63,114 nucleotides of DNA from assembly GCA_016187395.1 (NCBI GenBank), contig JACPJV010000009.1, forward strand, positions 1 to 63,114, written 5' to 3'. Position 1 is the first letter of the stretch. Each line of letters starts with the position of its first letter. Below are positions 42,974 to 52,823 of the stretch, piece after piece. The notes beneath the pieces are model-generated. The model saw only the letters and a program-made list of their open reading frames with translations. It had not been told where the DNA came from and ran no database searches. Both the position numbers and the translations under genes were made by a program. The DNA is from Candidatus Aenigmatarchaeota archaeon (GTDB lineage Archaea; Aenigmatarchaeota; Aenigmatarchaeia; GW2011-AR5; JACRAC01).

Positions 42974-43207
42974 TTGAGTCTATCAGGTAGGGCAAGCCAC
43001 ACTTATGCTTATTATGGTCTATCTGTTTTTGAGATGATAATATCTCAGTTTGGGATAACTGAGGAAAAAAGAAGGATTGCGGACAGCCTTATGGATAGGC
43101 TGATGGTGAGAGACAAATTCAGGGAAATAATGGAAGAAGAACTAAGGGAAATAATAAAAGAGGAAGGTGGAATCACCTTCCTTGAACATGAAGGTGACCT
43201 ACCCTAG
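42974..43207 (+). CDS. hypothetical small acidic protein
   Basis: TTG-start track ORF. An ATG-started 57-aa version (MIISQFGITEEKRR...) is possible. No motif. Confidence 0.3.
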   Translation: MSLSGRASHTYAYYGLSVFEMIISQFGITEEKRRIADSLMDRLMVRDKFREIMEEELREIIKEEGGITFLEHEGDLP

Positions 43208-43796
43208 CCTGTCTTCTGTAGGCTTCCTTCACAAGCCTCGCAAAAGTTTTCTTTTCCCGAGGGTTTTCTTTTGTGAAAAGAAAAGCCTCGCAACATTTGT
43301 CTAAGCGCTACGCCGTGCGAAGGCGCAGGAAATTGCTCTCGCAATTTCATACACCTCTGCACAACCTTCTTGCACCCATGCATCTGAGCTCGTTTCACCG
43401 GGGAACAAACGTTCCAATGCTCATTGAATTTCTCGCATTTTCCCGTATCGTTTCTGTACCTCAGTGCTGCTTTCCAGCAACTCTGCACCTTTACTGCAAA
43501 ACCGAAATTTCGCAGTGGGTGGACAGAGCTTCCTCAGAAGGAGAAACTAGTTACGGCAAACTGACGTTGCGCGAATGCAAAATGCTCGTGTTTCACACGA
43601 GCCATTCACCCGTCGTCCATTCACCTTATCCCTTCACCCTCTTCCTTAGAGGGCAAAAAGATCAACTTCATCCTCCTCCCGAAAGTTGCTGACAGGTCAC
43701 CGATAATATCTTCAAGGGAAAGGATTAAAACCTTTGCATTTTGCATGAACTGCTACTGAAAATTATAACCGCGATAAATCTGCTCTAAATAAGGTT

Positions 43797-45155
43797 TTAT
43801 CTGGCCGCAGCTTTGACCTTATTCAGGCCGTTTGACGTCAACGTATGCTTTCTGAACAGCCTTGGATGAGCCTTTTCCCTATGTTTCTTTATTTTTATAG
43901 ATGCCTCATATATGCCTACGCCTATTACTGCAACCGCGATTTCATATAAAATAAGTGCAGGCTCGAACTGCATGAACATCAAGAAGCTGCTCGCTATCCC
44001 GAGCAGGGCAAGGAGGGGGAATTTGCCTATGCTTATTGGAGACCTGAACGTGCGCTTTGCTTTCGGCATCTTGTAGCGAAGCTGTATGACTGCGGCATTT
44101 ACAAAGAGATATACGGCAAAGATGCCGACATCTGTTAATGACGCTATAGTCTTTATGCCGCCGATGAATAGAAATAAAATCGAAAAAATCATCACGGTGA
44201 AGACTGAAATGTAGGGAGTTTTTCTTTTCCCTAGCCTGCCGAATGCATTGGGCAGGGTATTGTTCGAGGAAAGTCCGTAGAGCATCCTTGAGGCGACGAT
44301 GAGTATGATCAAAACTGTGTTGCCTGTGGCGAACAGCGCTATCACAGACATCAGAAGGCTTGCTTGGGGGATGCCTGCAGAAACAACCTCTGCAAGGGGA
44401 GCAGCAGATTGCGACAAGGCATCGGCGCCTATTGCAGTAACAGAGGCCAGAGAGACAAGGATGTATAGGAGGGTGGATATCCCCAAAGCAATGACCAATG
44501 CCTTAGGTATAATCTTGCTGGCGTTCTTTGTTTCTTCTGACATGTTAACAAGCTCTTCAAAGCCCAGATAGGCAAAAAAGATGAGGGCAGTGGCTGGAAG
44601 CACTGAAGAAAGCCCGCTTGGAGAGGAGAAATAATTTGTTTCCATTTTTCCAAAAAGCATAAAGCCAATTATGATTGCAAGCAGAAGCCCTGACATTTCT
44701 ATGATTGTGGAAACAACCTCAATACGCGTCGAGCTTCTGATTCCGATATAATTCACTAATGAAACAAGGACAAGCAGCCCTGCAGCTGCGGCTAGCTGAG
44801 GAACTCCAAACAGGAAGGAAAAATAGCCGGCAAAGCCAAGGGCGACCGTGGTGGCAGAGACGACAAGCGTAAAAAGCATAATCCACTGGACGATGAATGA
44901 AAGATATTTTTTCCCAAAGGCTTTTTTTGTGTAAACATATTCAGCCGCGTCTTTCGGGAACATGCCTGCAAGTTCTGCATAGCTCAGGCCTGTGAATGTA
45001 GCTATGATGGCAGCAACAATAAAGGAAAGCCAGACAGCGTTGCCTGCGATGCCAGCTGCCTGGCCTATAAGAACGTAAATGCCGGCGCCAAGTATGATTC
45101 CTATGCCGTAAAACGTCGCGGTAAACAAGGAAAGCTCCCTTTTCAGCTTGGGCAT
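43797..45155 (-). CDS. APC-superfamily amino acid permease
   Basis: 12-TM pattern with FYGIGIILGAGIYVLIG near the N-terminus. Confidence 0.85.
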   Translation of the reverse strand: MPKLKRELSLFTATFYGIGIILGAGIYVLIGQAAGIAGNAVWLSFIVAAIIATFTGLSYAELAGMFPKDAAEYVYTKKAFGKKYLSFIVQWIMLFTLVVSATTVALGFAGYFSFLFGVPQLAAAAGLLVLVSLVNYIGIRSSTRIEVVSTIIEMSGLLLAIIIGFMLFGKMETNYFSSPSGLSSVLPATALIFFAYLGFEELVNMSEETKNASKIIPKALVIALGISTLLYILVSLASVTAIGADALSQSAAPLAEVVSAGIPQASLLMSVIALFATGNTVLIILIVASRMLYGLSSNNTLPNAFGRLGKRKTPYISVFTVMIFSILFLFIGGIKTIASLTDVGIFAVYLFVNAAVIQLRYKMPKAKRTFRSPISIGKFPLLALLGIASSFLMFMQFEPALILYEIAVAVIGVGIYEASIKIKKHREKAHPRLFRKHTLTSNGLNKVKAAAR

Positions 45156-45176
45156 ATATAGAATTATTTTCCGGTA

Positions 45177-45325
45177 TTTATAGTGCTACAAGGAATAAAT
45201 CGGGATATAATAATTCCTTGTGCACTACAAGCAGGAGCAGAGCTCCTGCTGTACAGCAGAACTCGGAGAGTTCTGCCTGTATACTGTGAAACAAGGATAT
45301 GCCGGTATTATTTCCTCGTTTCACA
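45177..45325. repeat. hairpin-array repeat element, inverted copy of 20555-20704
   Basis: The reverse complement aligns almost base for base with 20555-20704. The CAGAACC/GGTTCTG arm is replaced by CAGAACTC/GAGTTCTG. It abuts the ALDH stop codon. Confidence 0.85.
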
Positions 45326-46858
45326 TTAAGGGATATTTTTTCCATAAACAACTCTATGCCAGGGCTTTCTTGCCCTGCCCGATTGGTCTATGTAGACGTG
45401 CTTTATGTTCGTGTATTCTTCTAATGAAAAAATAGATAGGTCTTTGCCAAAGCCGCTCTGCTTGTAACCGCCATGAGGCATCTCGCTGACAAGCACGCCA
45501 TGCTCGTTGAGCCACACTGTGCCGAAGCGCAGCTGCGCAGCAAGGCGCATCGCCTGCGTGATATCACGACCCCAGACGCTTGCCGCCAGGCCGTAAATCA
45601 CGTCATTAGCCTCTTCAACAGCCTGCTCGAGATTTTCGTAAGTCAGGATAGTTAGTACAGGGCCAAATATTTCCTCCTGGCATATTTTCATACTCTGCTT
45701 TGCATTTGTGAAAATGGTCGGCATCAAGTACGCGCCCTTTTCAAAAAATTTGCCTTTCGGTCTTGTGCCACCATAGATTAATTTCGCATTTTGCTGGACG
45801 CCTGATTTGATATAGCCTTCCACTCTGTCCCTCTGGCGCATGCTCACAAGCGGACCCATATCGGTGTTGTAATTAAGCGGATCACCAATTCTGAATTTGC
45901 GAACTTCTGCAATGAGTTTTTTCACAAAGGAATCATGCTGTTTTTTATGAATAAACACGCGCGTAACAGCTGTGCAGTCCTGGCCTGTGTTCCAGAATGC
46001 TCCTGCTGCTGCGCCTTTTGCTGCTGCATCCAAATCAGCGTCGGACATGACTATCATCGGCGCCTTGCCGCCGAGCTCCAAATGCAATCTTTTCACATTC
46101 GCGCTTGACGCCTGCATTATCTTCCTCCCTGTCGATGTGTCGCCGGTCATCGCTATCATGTCTATCTTTGTGTTTTCCGCAATAGCCGCGCCCACGATAT
46201 CGCCCGGCCCTGTCACTACATTCAGCGCGCCTTTTGGCAATCCTGCCTTTTCCGCAAGCTTTGCAAACTCAAGCAGCGTGAGTGGCGTGTAGCTTGCCGG
46301 CTTGACAACCAAGGTATTACCAGCTGCAAGCGCAGGCGCCATCTGCCATGTAGCGATGTAAAGCGGATAATTCCAAGGCACTATACAACCAATAACGCCA
46401 ATAGGCTCGCGGCGGATGATGCTTGTTCCGAGTGCAGCATGGCGCCCTTTTTTGCTGTAATCTGCGTATTCGTATGTGGATTCGCCGAGAAGGACACGGG
46501 TAAGCCCTGCAAAGTAGCGCCAGTTGTCGATGATGAACGGAAAATCAGATTCCGTGGCATAGCGTATGCTTTTGCCGACATTCGTTGCCTCGAGCCGCGC
46601 AAGACGGCTAAGATTTTTCTCAATTAAGTCGGCAATCTTCCAGAGAACCGAGGCACGCTCGGCTGGGGTCACCTGTGGCCAATGACCTTTGTCAAATGCG
46701 GTGCGGGCTGCATCCGCTGCCTTGCGTACGTCTTCTTTTGTACCTTTCGGGACTTTTGCTATTATGCGGGAATTTGCAGGATTTACGACACTGTAAAATT
46801 CGCCGGATTCAGAATTGCACCACCGGCCATTTATGTACATCTTGCAGACAGAAGGCAT
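45326..46858 (-). CDS. NAD(P)-dependent aldehyde dehydrogenase
   Basis: WNYPL, LELGGKAP and FWNTGQDCTA catalytic-Cys context. 510 aa. Confidence 0.9.
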   Translation of the reverse strand: MPSVCKMYINGRWCNSESGEFYSVVNPANSRIIAKVPKGTKEDVRKAADAARTAFDKGHWPQVTPAERASVLWKIADLIEKNLSRLARLEATNVGKSIRYATESDFPFIIDNWRYFAGLTRVLLGESTYEYADYSKKGRHAALGTSIIRREPIGVIGCIVPWNYPLYIATWQMAPALAAGNTLVVKPASYTPLTLLEFAKLAEKAGLPKGALNVVTGPGDIVGAAIAENTKIDMIAMTGDTSTGRKIMQASSANVKRLHLELGGKAPMIVMSDADLDAAAKGAAAGAFWNTGQDCTAVTRVFIHKKQHDSFVKKLIAEVRKFRIGDPLNYNTDMGPLVSMRQRDRVEGYIKSGVQQNAKLIYGGTRPKGKFFEKGAYLMPTIFTNAKQSMKICQEEIFGPVLTILTYENLEQAVEEANDVIYGLAASVWGRDITQAMRLAAQLRFGTVWLNEHGVLVSEMPHGGYKQSGFGKDLSIFSLEEYTNIKHVYIDQSGRARKPWHRVVYGKNIP

Positions 46859-46917
46859 GATTTAATTGAGTTATGGACGATATATAAGTTTTATTCAGGC
46901 GTAAGAATACTTATTGC

Positions 46918-48072
46918 ATGAAACGAATTGTAGTCTTGGGCGGAACCGGCAACATAGGGCGCTGGGTTGTTAGGGACCTCTATGACAGCTGCAAGGATTG
47001 CGAGATAGTTATTGCAGCGAAAGACAGCAAGAAAGCAGGGGAATATGCGAAGAAATTCAAGAGTAGCAGAGTGAAGAGCGCAGGTGTAGATGTTACTGAT
47101 ATCAATAAAACGGCAAAACTTCTGAAGGGCGCAGATGTTTGTATTAACTGCGTAATTTACTACCTCAATTTGCACGTGATGAAAGCCTGCCTGCGGACGA
47201 AATGCCATTATCTGGATCTTGGCGGGCTTTTCCACATGACCAGAAAGCAGCTAAAGCTCCATAAACAATTCAAAAACAAAAACATTCTTGCCATACTGGG
47301 CTGCGGCAGCACGCCTGGCATCACCAATGTACTTGCAGCCTATGGGGCGAGATTTTTTGACAGTATTCATGAAATACATATAAGCTTCGCAGATGCGGAT
47401 TTCACGAAATACGACCAGCCGTTTGTGCTGCCTTACACGATGTACACGCTTTTTGACGAGTATATGATGAAGCCCCCGCTTTTTACTAAAGGCAAATTGA
47501 AGATTGTAGAGCCTAGAAGTGGCGAAACCCGGATAGAATTTCCTAAGCCTACGGGCAAGATAAAAGGATTTTACACGATTCATTCGGAACTGGCAACAAT
47601 ACCAAAATCATTCAAAGGAGTGAAGGAATGCAGTTTCCGAGTCACATTTCCTGAAGAATTTTCAAGGAAGATGGAATTCCTTATAGACGCGGGTTTTGCC
47701 TCTGACAAAGAAATTGGCATAGGTAAAAGCAAGATAAAGCCGCGAGACTTCACAGCAAAAATCATGGACAGGTGGATTCCAAAGGACGTGAAAGTCAAAG
47801 ACATAGAATGTCTGCGTGTGGAGATGAAAGGAAAGAAAAGCGGCAGGAAAAAGCAACTTATTGGTTATTGCCTCACCAAAAGCAACAAGAAATACAATAT
47901 ACCTGCCGGGACTTACGACACAGCTGTGCCGCCTTCTATCATTGCGCAGATGATTACAGGAGGCAAAATTTCAAAGAGAGGAGTGCTCCCGCCGGAAAAA
48001 TGCATAGAGCCTGGATATTTCTTGAGAGAACTTCGGAAGAGGGGGATAAGGGTTTTTGTGAGGAAGAAATGA
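46918..48072 (+). CDS. saccharopine dehydrogenase-like NAD-binding protein
   Basis: MKRIVVLGGTGNIGRWV Rossmann start and GCGSTPGITNVLA motif. Confidence 0.75.
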   Translation: MKRIVVLGGTGNIGRWVVRDLYDSCKDCEIVIAAKDSKKAGEYAKKFKSSRVKSAGVDVTDINKTAKLLKGADVCINCVIYYLNLHVMKACLRTKCHYLDLGGLFHMTRKQLKLHKQFKNKNILAILGCGSTPGITNVLAAYGARFFDSIHEIHISFADADFTKYDQPFVLPYTMYTLFDEYMMKPPLFTKGKLKIVEPRSGETRIEFPKPTGKIKGFYTIHSELATIPKSFKGVKECSFRVTFPEEFSRKMEFLIDAGFASDKEIGIGKSKIKPRDFTAKIMDRWIPKDVKVKDIECLRVEMKGKKSGRKKQLIGYCLTKSNKKYNIPAGTYDTAVPPSIIAQMITGGKISKRGVLPPEKCIEPGYFLRELRKRGIRVFVRKK

Positions 48073-48075
48073 AAT

Positions 48076-49446
48076 TTACTTCCTGAACCTCGCCGCCTTC
48101 ACGGCGCTTCTCGGTATCTTCGCTGCTTTCATCGCTTCCTCGAATGTTGCAAGGGTTTTTTGCAGGTCTTTTTTCGAGTGAGAGAAGCACGTGTACATCG
48201 GCTCTTCAAAGTCCTCTTCGATCATGATGCCGCGAAGAAGAAGCTCATATTGCAATCTTCCACAAAGGTTTACATCGCATGCACCCAAATCCCTGTAGTT
48301 CGTGATTTCTTTTTTCTTCGTAGGCACGTACATGAACATGCCAGGATAACCCTGGATTATTGCACTGATTTTGCCCTTTTCAAAAATATCTCCGAGCCCT
48401 CTCATAAGCTTGCTGCCATAATTATTGATGTGATTGAACACTTTCCTTTTCCTAAGTTCTTCTATTGTCGCTATGGATGCGGCCATGGAAACAGGGTTGC
48501 CTGCGAATGTCCCTCCGTGCACTACGTGGCCAGGGCCCTTTCCAATAATTTCCATAACGTCTCTGATTCCTGTTATGGCAGCAATAGGATAGCCGTTGCC
48601 CATGGATTTTGAAAACGTGGCAAGGTGCGGCTTTATCTTGAACTTCTCTTGTGCGCCTCCCATTGCAAGACGGAAGCCTGTCTTCACTTCATCAAAAATA
48701 AGAAGCAAATCATATTTTTCGCACAGTTCCTTCAGGTGCTTCAGATAGCCTGGCTTTGGAGGAATGGCAGCGGCGTTGCCCATTACAGGTTCAGTTATAA
48801 CGGCGGCAGTATGCCTGTGGTTCTTTTTTACAGTTTTTTCTATGCGCTCAAAGTCATTCCATCTTTCTGTTATTACAAGCTTCTTTATTGCCTCCGGGAT
48901 GCCTAGTGACTGGGGATGAGGCTTTCCAATGTTTGCGGTAAAAGGCATGTGCTGCGTGGAAAACAGAAGATAGTCGTGCGCGCCGTGATAGTGCCCCTCG
49001 AACTTTATTACTTTCTCTTTCTTCGTATAGCCTCGCGCTATCCTTAGTGCGTGCATTGTAGCTTCCGTGCCGCTGTTTGCAAAACGAGTCATTTCTGCAT
49101 TTGGAACTACGCGGCAAAGGAGTTTTGCAAGCTTTACTTCCAGTTCATTATCAAGACCGTAAACAGTTCCTTTCTCGTCTGCTTTATGAACAGCCCTGTG
49201 AACAGCAGGATAACTGTGTCCAAGAATAACAGGTCCGAAGGCAAGGCGATAATCTATATACTCATTTCCATCAACATCCCATATATGCGAGCCGAATGCC
49301 CTTTCAATAAAAATTGTACAGGCAGCGAAGCTGCAGACAAAGGGGTTTGCCCATAATCTTGCGTTCGAAGAAACGCCTGCAGGAATGTATTTCAATGCCT
49401 CTTCGTAAAGTCTTAGTGATTTAGAAAAGCCTTTGTGACTTCTCAT
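48076..49446 (-). CDS. class III PLP aminotransferase (GSA-aminomutase-like)
   Basis: LIFDEVKTGFR and TFSKSMGNGYPIAAI (PLP Lys) motifs. Confidence 0.85.
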   Translation of the reverse strand: MRSHKGFSKSLRLYEEALKYIPAGVSSNARLWANPFVCSFAACTIFIERAFGSHIWDVDGNEYIDYRLAFGPVILGHSYPAVHRAVHKADEKGTVYGLDNELEVKLAKLLCRVVPNAEMTRFANSGTEATMHALRIARGYTKKEKVIKFEGHYHGAHDYLLFSTQHMPFTANIGKPHPQSLGIPEAIKKLVITERWNDFERIEKTVKKNHRHTAAVITEPVMGNAAAIPPKPGYLKHLKELCEKYDLLLIFDEVKTGFRLAMGGAQEKFKIKPHLATFSKSMGNGYPIAAITGIRDVMEIIGKGPGHVVHGGTFAGNPVSMAASIATIEELRKRKVFNHINNYGSKLMRGLGDIFEKGKISAIIQGYPGMFMYVPTKKKEITNYRDLGACDVNLCGRLQYELLLRGIMIEEDFEEPMYTCFSHSKKDLQKTLATFEEAMKAAKIPRSAVKAARFRK

Positions 49447-49477
49447 AAGAGTAGCTGTTTTTCCCTTAATTAATAAC

Positions 49478-49624
49478 TTATTTTTTCAAATTAACAGCGT
49501 GTCTGGCTATTTCCAGGCTGCACGAAGAATGATTTTTGCACCATTCTTCGCATTTTTCTGCCCACGGCTTGTCCTGATACCTTAACCCGCATATACTGCA
49601 TGCGTACAATTTTTTGCTTTTCAT
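49478..49624 (-). CDS. unannotated 48-aa Cys-rich protein (below ORF-track cutoff)
   Basis: Reverse strand reads MKSKKLYACSICGLRYQDKPWAEKCEEWCKNHSSCSLEIARHAVNLKK*. Confidence 0.45.
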   Translation of the reverse strand: MKSKKLYACSICGLRYQDKPWAEKCEEWCKNHSSCSLEIARHAVNLKK

Positions 49625-49667
49625 TTATGTTCACCCCGTAATACGGGCTGAATCCCCAATGTGCGTT

Positions 49668-49937
49668 TCATAGGGGATAGTTTTTTCTAAGGAATTCATA
49701 GAGCTCATCGCTGCATATTAACGGAAAATCAGGCCTGCCCTCGATTTTTATGCGGCCGTCTATAATCACAGTCGGAACAACTTTCACGCCGCATTTTTCT
49801 GCTCTTTTCATGCCTTCTCTGCTGTTCATGCTGTGCTCTGTCAGTTCGCAGCCGGCGCACTTTCCAATAACAAGCTCATCCAGAAAATCCCTGCATAATT
49901 TGCAGTTGCCGGTAAAGAGCTCTATTTTGTGCGTCAT
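49668..49937 (-). CDS. thioredoxin-fold (glutaredoxin-like) protein
   Basis: IELFTGNCKLCRD (CxxC) and VVPTVIIDGRIKIEG. Trimmed to ATG 49937 to avoid overlapping the PadR gene. Confidence 0.6.
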   Translation of the reverse strand: MTHKIELFTGNCKLCRDFLDELVIGKCAGCELTEHSMNSREGMKRAEKCGVKVVPTVIIDGRIKIEGRPDFPLICSDELYEFLRKNYPL

Positions 49938-50010
49938 GATAGGAAGTGGCTTTCCAGAAATAAGAAGCTTGCAGACGGAGATAGAAAGAATCTCCGGATG
50001 GTTTCTTTCC

Positions 50011-50430
50011 TTAACTCCTTTTGCTGGATGAATTCTTATACGACTTTGCGCAATTCTTGCAGCAGAAGCTCTTGCCGCCTTTTCTAAAAATGCCGCTGTA
50101 AATTTCACAGCCGCAGTGGGCGCATTTTTTTAATTTCTGCCTTATTGCTATTTTGACAAGCTCCGAGAAATGATTAATCATTGACTTTGCAAAAGATTTT
50201 CCTTCAGTGGTAAGCACATAGATTTTTTTCCTGTCTTGAATGGAGACTTTGACAAGCTTTTTTTCCCGCATGTTCTGCAGCAAGGGATAGATCTGCCCTG
50301 CGCTGGGCTTTTTTCCGATGGCATTGCCTATCTCTCTCATGATATCATATCCATGCCGGGGTTTTTCTGACAGCAATGCCAGGATATAAAATTTTGTCAG
50401 GTTAGTCACGTACCCTTCTTCTATTTTCAT
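50011..50430 (-). CDS. PadR-family regulator fused to a TRASH-type Cys motif
   Basis: PRHGYDIMREI..GQIYPLLQNMREKKLV (PadR) plus C-terminal CAHCGCEIYSGIFRKGGKSFCCKNC. Divergent from copA. Confidence 0.75.
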   Translation of the reverse strand: MKIEEGYVTNLTKFYILALLSEKPRHGYDIMREIGNAIGKKPSAGQIYPLLQNMREKKLVKVSIQDRKKIYVLTTEGKSFAKSMINHFSELVKIAIRQKLKKCAHCGCEIYSGIFRKGGKSFCCKNCAKSYKNSSSKRS

Positions 50431-50506
50431 AATGCTATTTGAACCTGCAAGCTTAAATAACTATCTTTATAAGATATATCTGATAATAATACAGTAGGTG
50501 GTGAAA

Positions 50507-52813
50507 ATGGCCGAAGATAAAAACCATGTGGAAGAGGAGACGATAGGAATCAGGGGCATGCACTGCGCGTCCTGTGTTCTGAAAATAGAGAAGGCGCTCA
50601 AGAAGCAAAGCGGCGTAAAGGATGCGAGCGTAAACCTGCCGATGGAGACGGCTTATGTGAAATATGATACTGAAAAAACAGATTTAGAAAGGATAAAGGA
50701 GGCGGTGAGGAAGCTCGGTTACAAAGTTGAAGAAGAGCATACAATGCGCAATGATATGGACAGCCACGAAAATCATGAAGACGGCAAGCACGAGCATGAC
50801 ACTGCTGAAGGCCTGAAAAGAAAATTTTATGTTGGTGCCATTCTCAGCGCGATAATCTTCCTCGGAAGCTTTCCTGAGCTGTTTCCGTTTGCAGGTATCC
50901 TTGGCAACCCTGTTCTGCTGCTGATACTCGTCATACCAGTGCAGTTCTGGGTGGGCTGGCAGTTTTACGCGGGCGCGTGGGCTGCGGCAAGGGCAAAAAC
51001 AACAGATATGAACACCCTAATTGCCGTAGGCACTTCAGCGGCATTCTTCTACAGCGCTGCTGTTGTTCTGTTTCCGGAATTCCTTGGCTCGCAGGGAGCG
51101 CTGTACTTTGACACGGCAGCCGTGATAGTGACACTCATCATATTAGGCAGATATCTTGAGGCAATAACAAAGGGACGCGCATCAGAGGCGATAAAGAAGC
51201 TGATGGGGTTGCAGGCAAAGACAGCAATAGTAATCAGGGACGGAAAGGAAGTGGAAATTAACCTGGACGATGTAGTTGCTGGCGATATCATAATCGTGAA
51301 GCCCGGGGGGAAAATACCTGTAGACGGAATTGTCATAGGTGGCTCTTCGACGGTGGACGAGAGCATGATAACAGGCGAATCTATTCCTGTAGAAAAAAGA
51401 AAGGGTTCGCAGGCGATAGGAGCAACGATAAACAAGCACGGCCTGCTGAAAATCAGGGCGACAAAGGTCGGGAAAGAGATGATGCTGTCGCAGATAATAA
51501 AGTTGGTCGAAGGCGCGCTAGGCTCAAAGGCGCCGCTCCAGAGGCTGGCCGACAAGGTATCTTCGTATTTTGTGCCGGCTGTTATTCTTATTGCATTAGC
51601 ATCCTTTGCGGTATGGTATGCTGCGGGCGCTATGATACTTGCAGGAAGCCCGTTTCTTTCAGGATTAGCATCAGGGCCATTCCTGTTTTCCTTTGTGATA
51701 CTCATCTCAATACTCATCGTGGCATGCCCGTGCGCGCTCGGCCTTGCCACGCCTACGGCAATAATGATGGGAACAGGGCTTGGAGCGAAAAATGGAATAC
51801 TTATCAAAGGCGCGGAGCATCTGGAAATGGCGCACAAGATTGACGCAGTAATTTTTGACAAGACAGGCACTCTTACAAAAGGCGAGCCGGAAGTAACGGA
51901 TATCATCTCTGCCGGGAAGATGAAGAAAAAAGATATTCTTAGGATAGCTGCGATAGTGGAAAAGGGTTCAGAGCACGCGCTTGGCGAGGCTATAATAAAT
52001 GAGGCAAAGAAGCTGAAAATGCATATTCCTGATGCGAGGAACTTCAAGGCAATAACAGGGAAGGGCGTTTCTGCGACATACAAGGGAAAGAAAATCCTGC
52101 TAGGCAACAGGTCTCTGATGAAGGAAAACAAGATTGCTGCTGACAAATTTGAGCAGCAGCTTCAAAAACTGGAAAACGAGGGGAAAACAGCGATGCTGGT
52201 GGCTTATGGAAAAGAAGTCATAGGAATAATAGCTGTCGCAGATACGCTGAAGGAAAATTCAGCAGAAGCTGTAAAACAACTGCATAAAATGGGCAAGAAG
52301 GTTATAATGATAACAGGTGACAACGAGCGGACAGCGAAGGCGGTAGCAAAAAAGGTCGGGATAGACGATGTGCTTGCAGAGGTGTTGCCTGGCGACAAGG
52401 CATTGGAGATTAAAAAACTGCAGAAAAAAGGCCACAAAGTCGCGATGGTTGGTGATGGAATTAATGATTCGCCTGCGCTTGCGCAGGCAGACCTTGGGAT
52501 AGCAATAGGATCCGGAACTGACATAGCTTTGGAAACAGGAGGCATAGTACTGATAAAGGATGATTTGCGCGACGTTGTTACTTCCATTGACATAAGCCGC
52601 TACACGGTCAGGAAGATAAGACAGAATCTCTTTTGGGCTTTTATCTACAACATAGCTGCCATCCCGATTGCAGCTGGCGTGCTTTATCCCTTTATAGGCT
52701 TTTTGCTCAACCCTATGATTGCGGCAGGCGCGATGGCTTTTTCATCAGTATCTGTTGTAGGGAATTCGCTGCTGATGAAGAGGTACAGGACGAGGATGAA
52801 AGGAAAAAAGTAA
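50507..52813 (+). CDS. copA: copper-translocating P1B-type ATPase
   Basis: [11 protein letters not shown] domain, CPC in [19 protein letters not shown], and [10 protein letters not shown]. Confidence 0.95.
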   Translation: MAEDKNHVEEETIGIRGMHCASCVLKIEKALKKQSGVKDASVNLPMETAYVKYDTEKTDLERIKEAVRKLGYKVEEEHTMRNDMDSHENHEDGKHEHDTAEGLKRKFYVGAILSAIIFLGSFPELFPFAGILGNPVLLLILVIPVQFWVGWQFYAGAWAAARAKTTDMNTLIAVGTSAAFFYSAAVVLFPEFLGSQGALYFDTAAVIVTLIILGRYLEAITKGRASEAIKKLMGLQAKTAIVIRDGKEVEINLDDVVAGDIIIVKPGGKIPVDGIVIGGSSTVDESMITGESIPVEKRKGSQAIGATINKHGLLKIRATKVGKEMMLSQIIKLVEGALGSKAPLQRLADKVSSYFVPAVILIALASFAVWYAAGAMILAGSPFLSGLASGPFLFSFVILISILIVACPCALGLATPTAIMMGTGLGAKNGILIKGAEHLEMAHKIDAVIFDKTGTLTKGEPEVTDIISAGKMKKKDILRIAAIVEKGSEHALGEAIINEAKKLKMHIPDARNFKAITGKGVSATYKGKKILLGNRSLMKENKIAADKFEQQLQKLENEGKTAMLVAYGKEVIGIIAVADTLKENSAEAVKQLHKMGKKVIMITGDNERTAKAVAKKVGIDDVLAEVLPGDKALEIKKLQKKGHKVAMVGDGINDSPALAQADLGIAIGSGTDIALETGGIVLIKDDLRDVVTSIDISRYTVRKIRQNLFWAFIYNIAAIPIAAGVLYPFIGFLLNPMIAAGAMAFSSVSVVGNSLLMKRYRTRMKGKK

Positions 52814-52823
52814 AGGTGTTCAA

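Noticed and set aside
43204-43692. Overlapping 94-aa (minus) and 139-aa (plus) ORFs in the long gap
   Set aside because: They are mutually exclusive, have atypical composition, and lack start signals. The region is treated as non-coding or decayed.
51049-52146. 365-aa minus-strand ORF inside copA
   Set aside because: It is antisense to a gene with unambiguous P-type ATPase motifs on the plus strand. Its composition is Ser/Pro/Ile-rich and low-complexity, typical of a shadow ORF.
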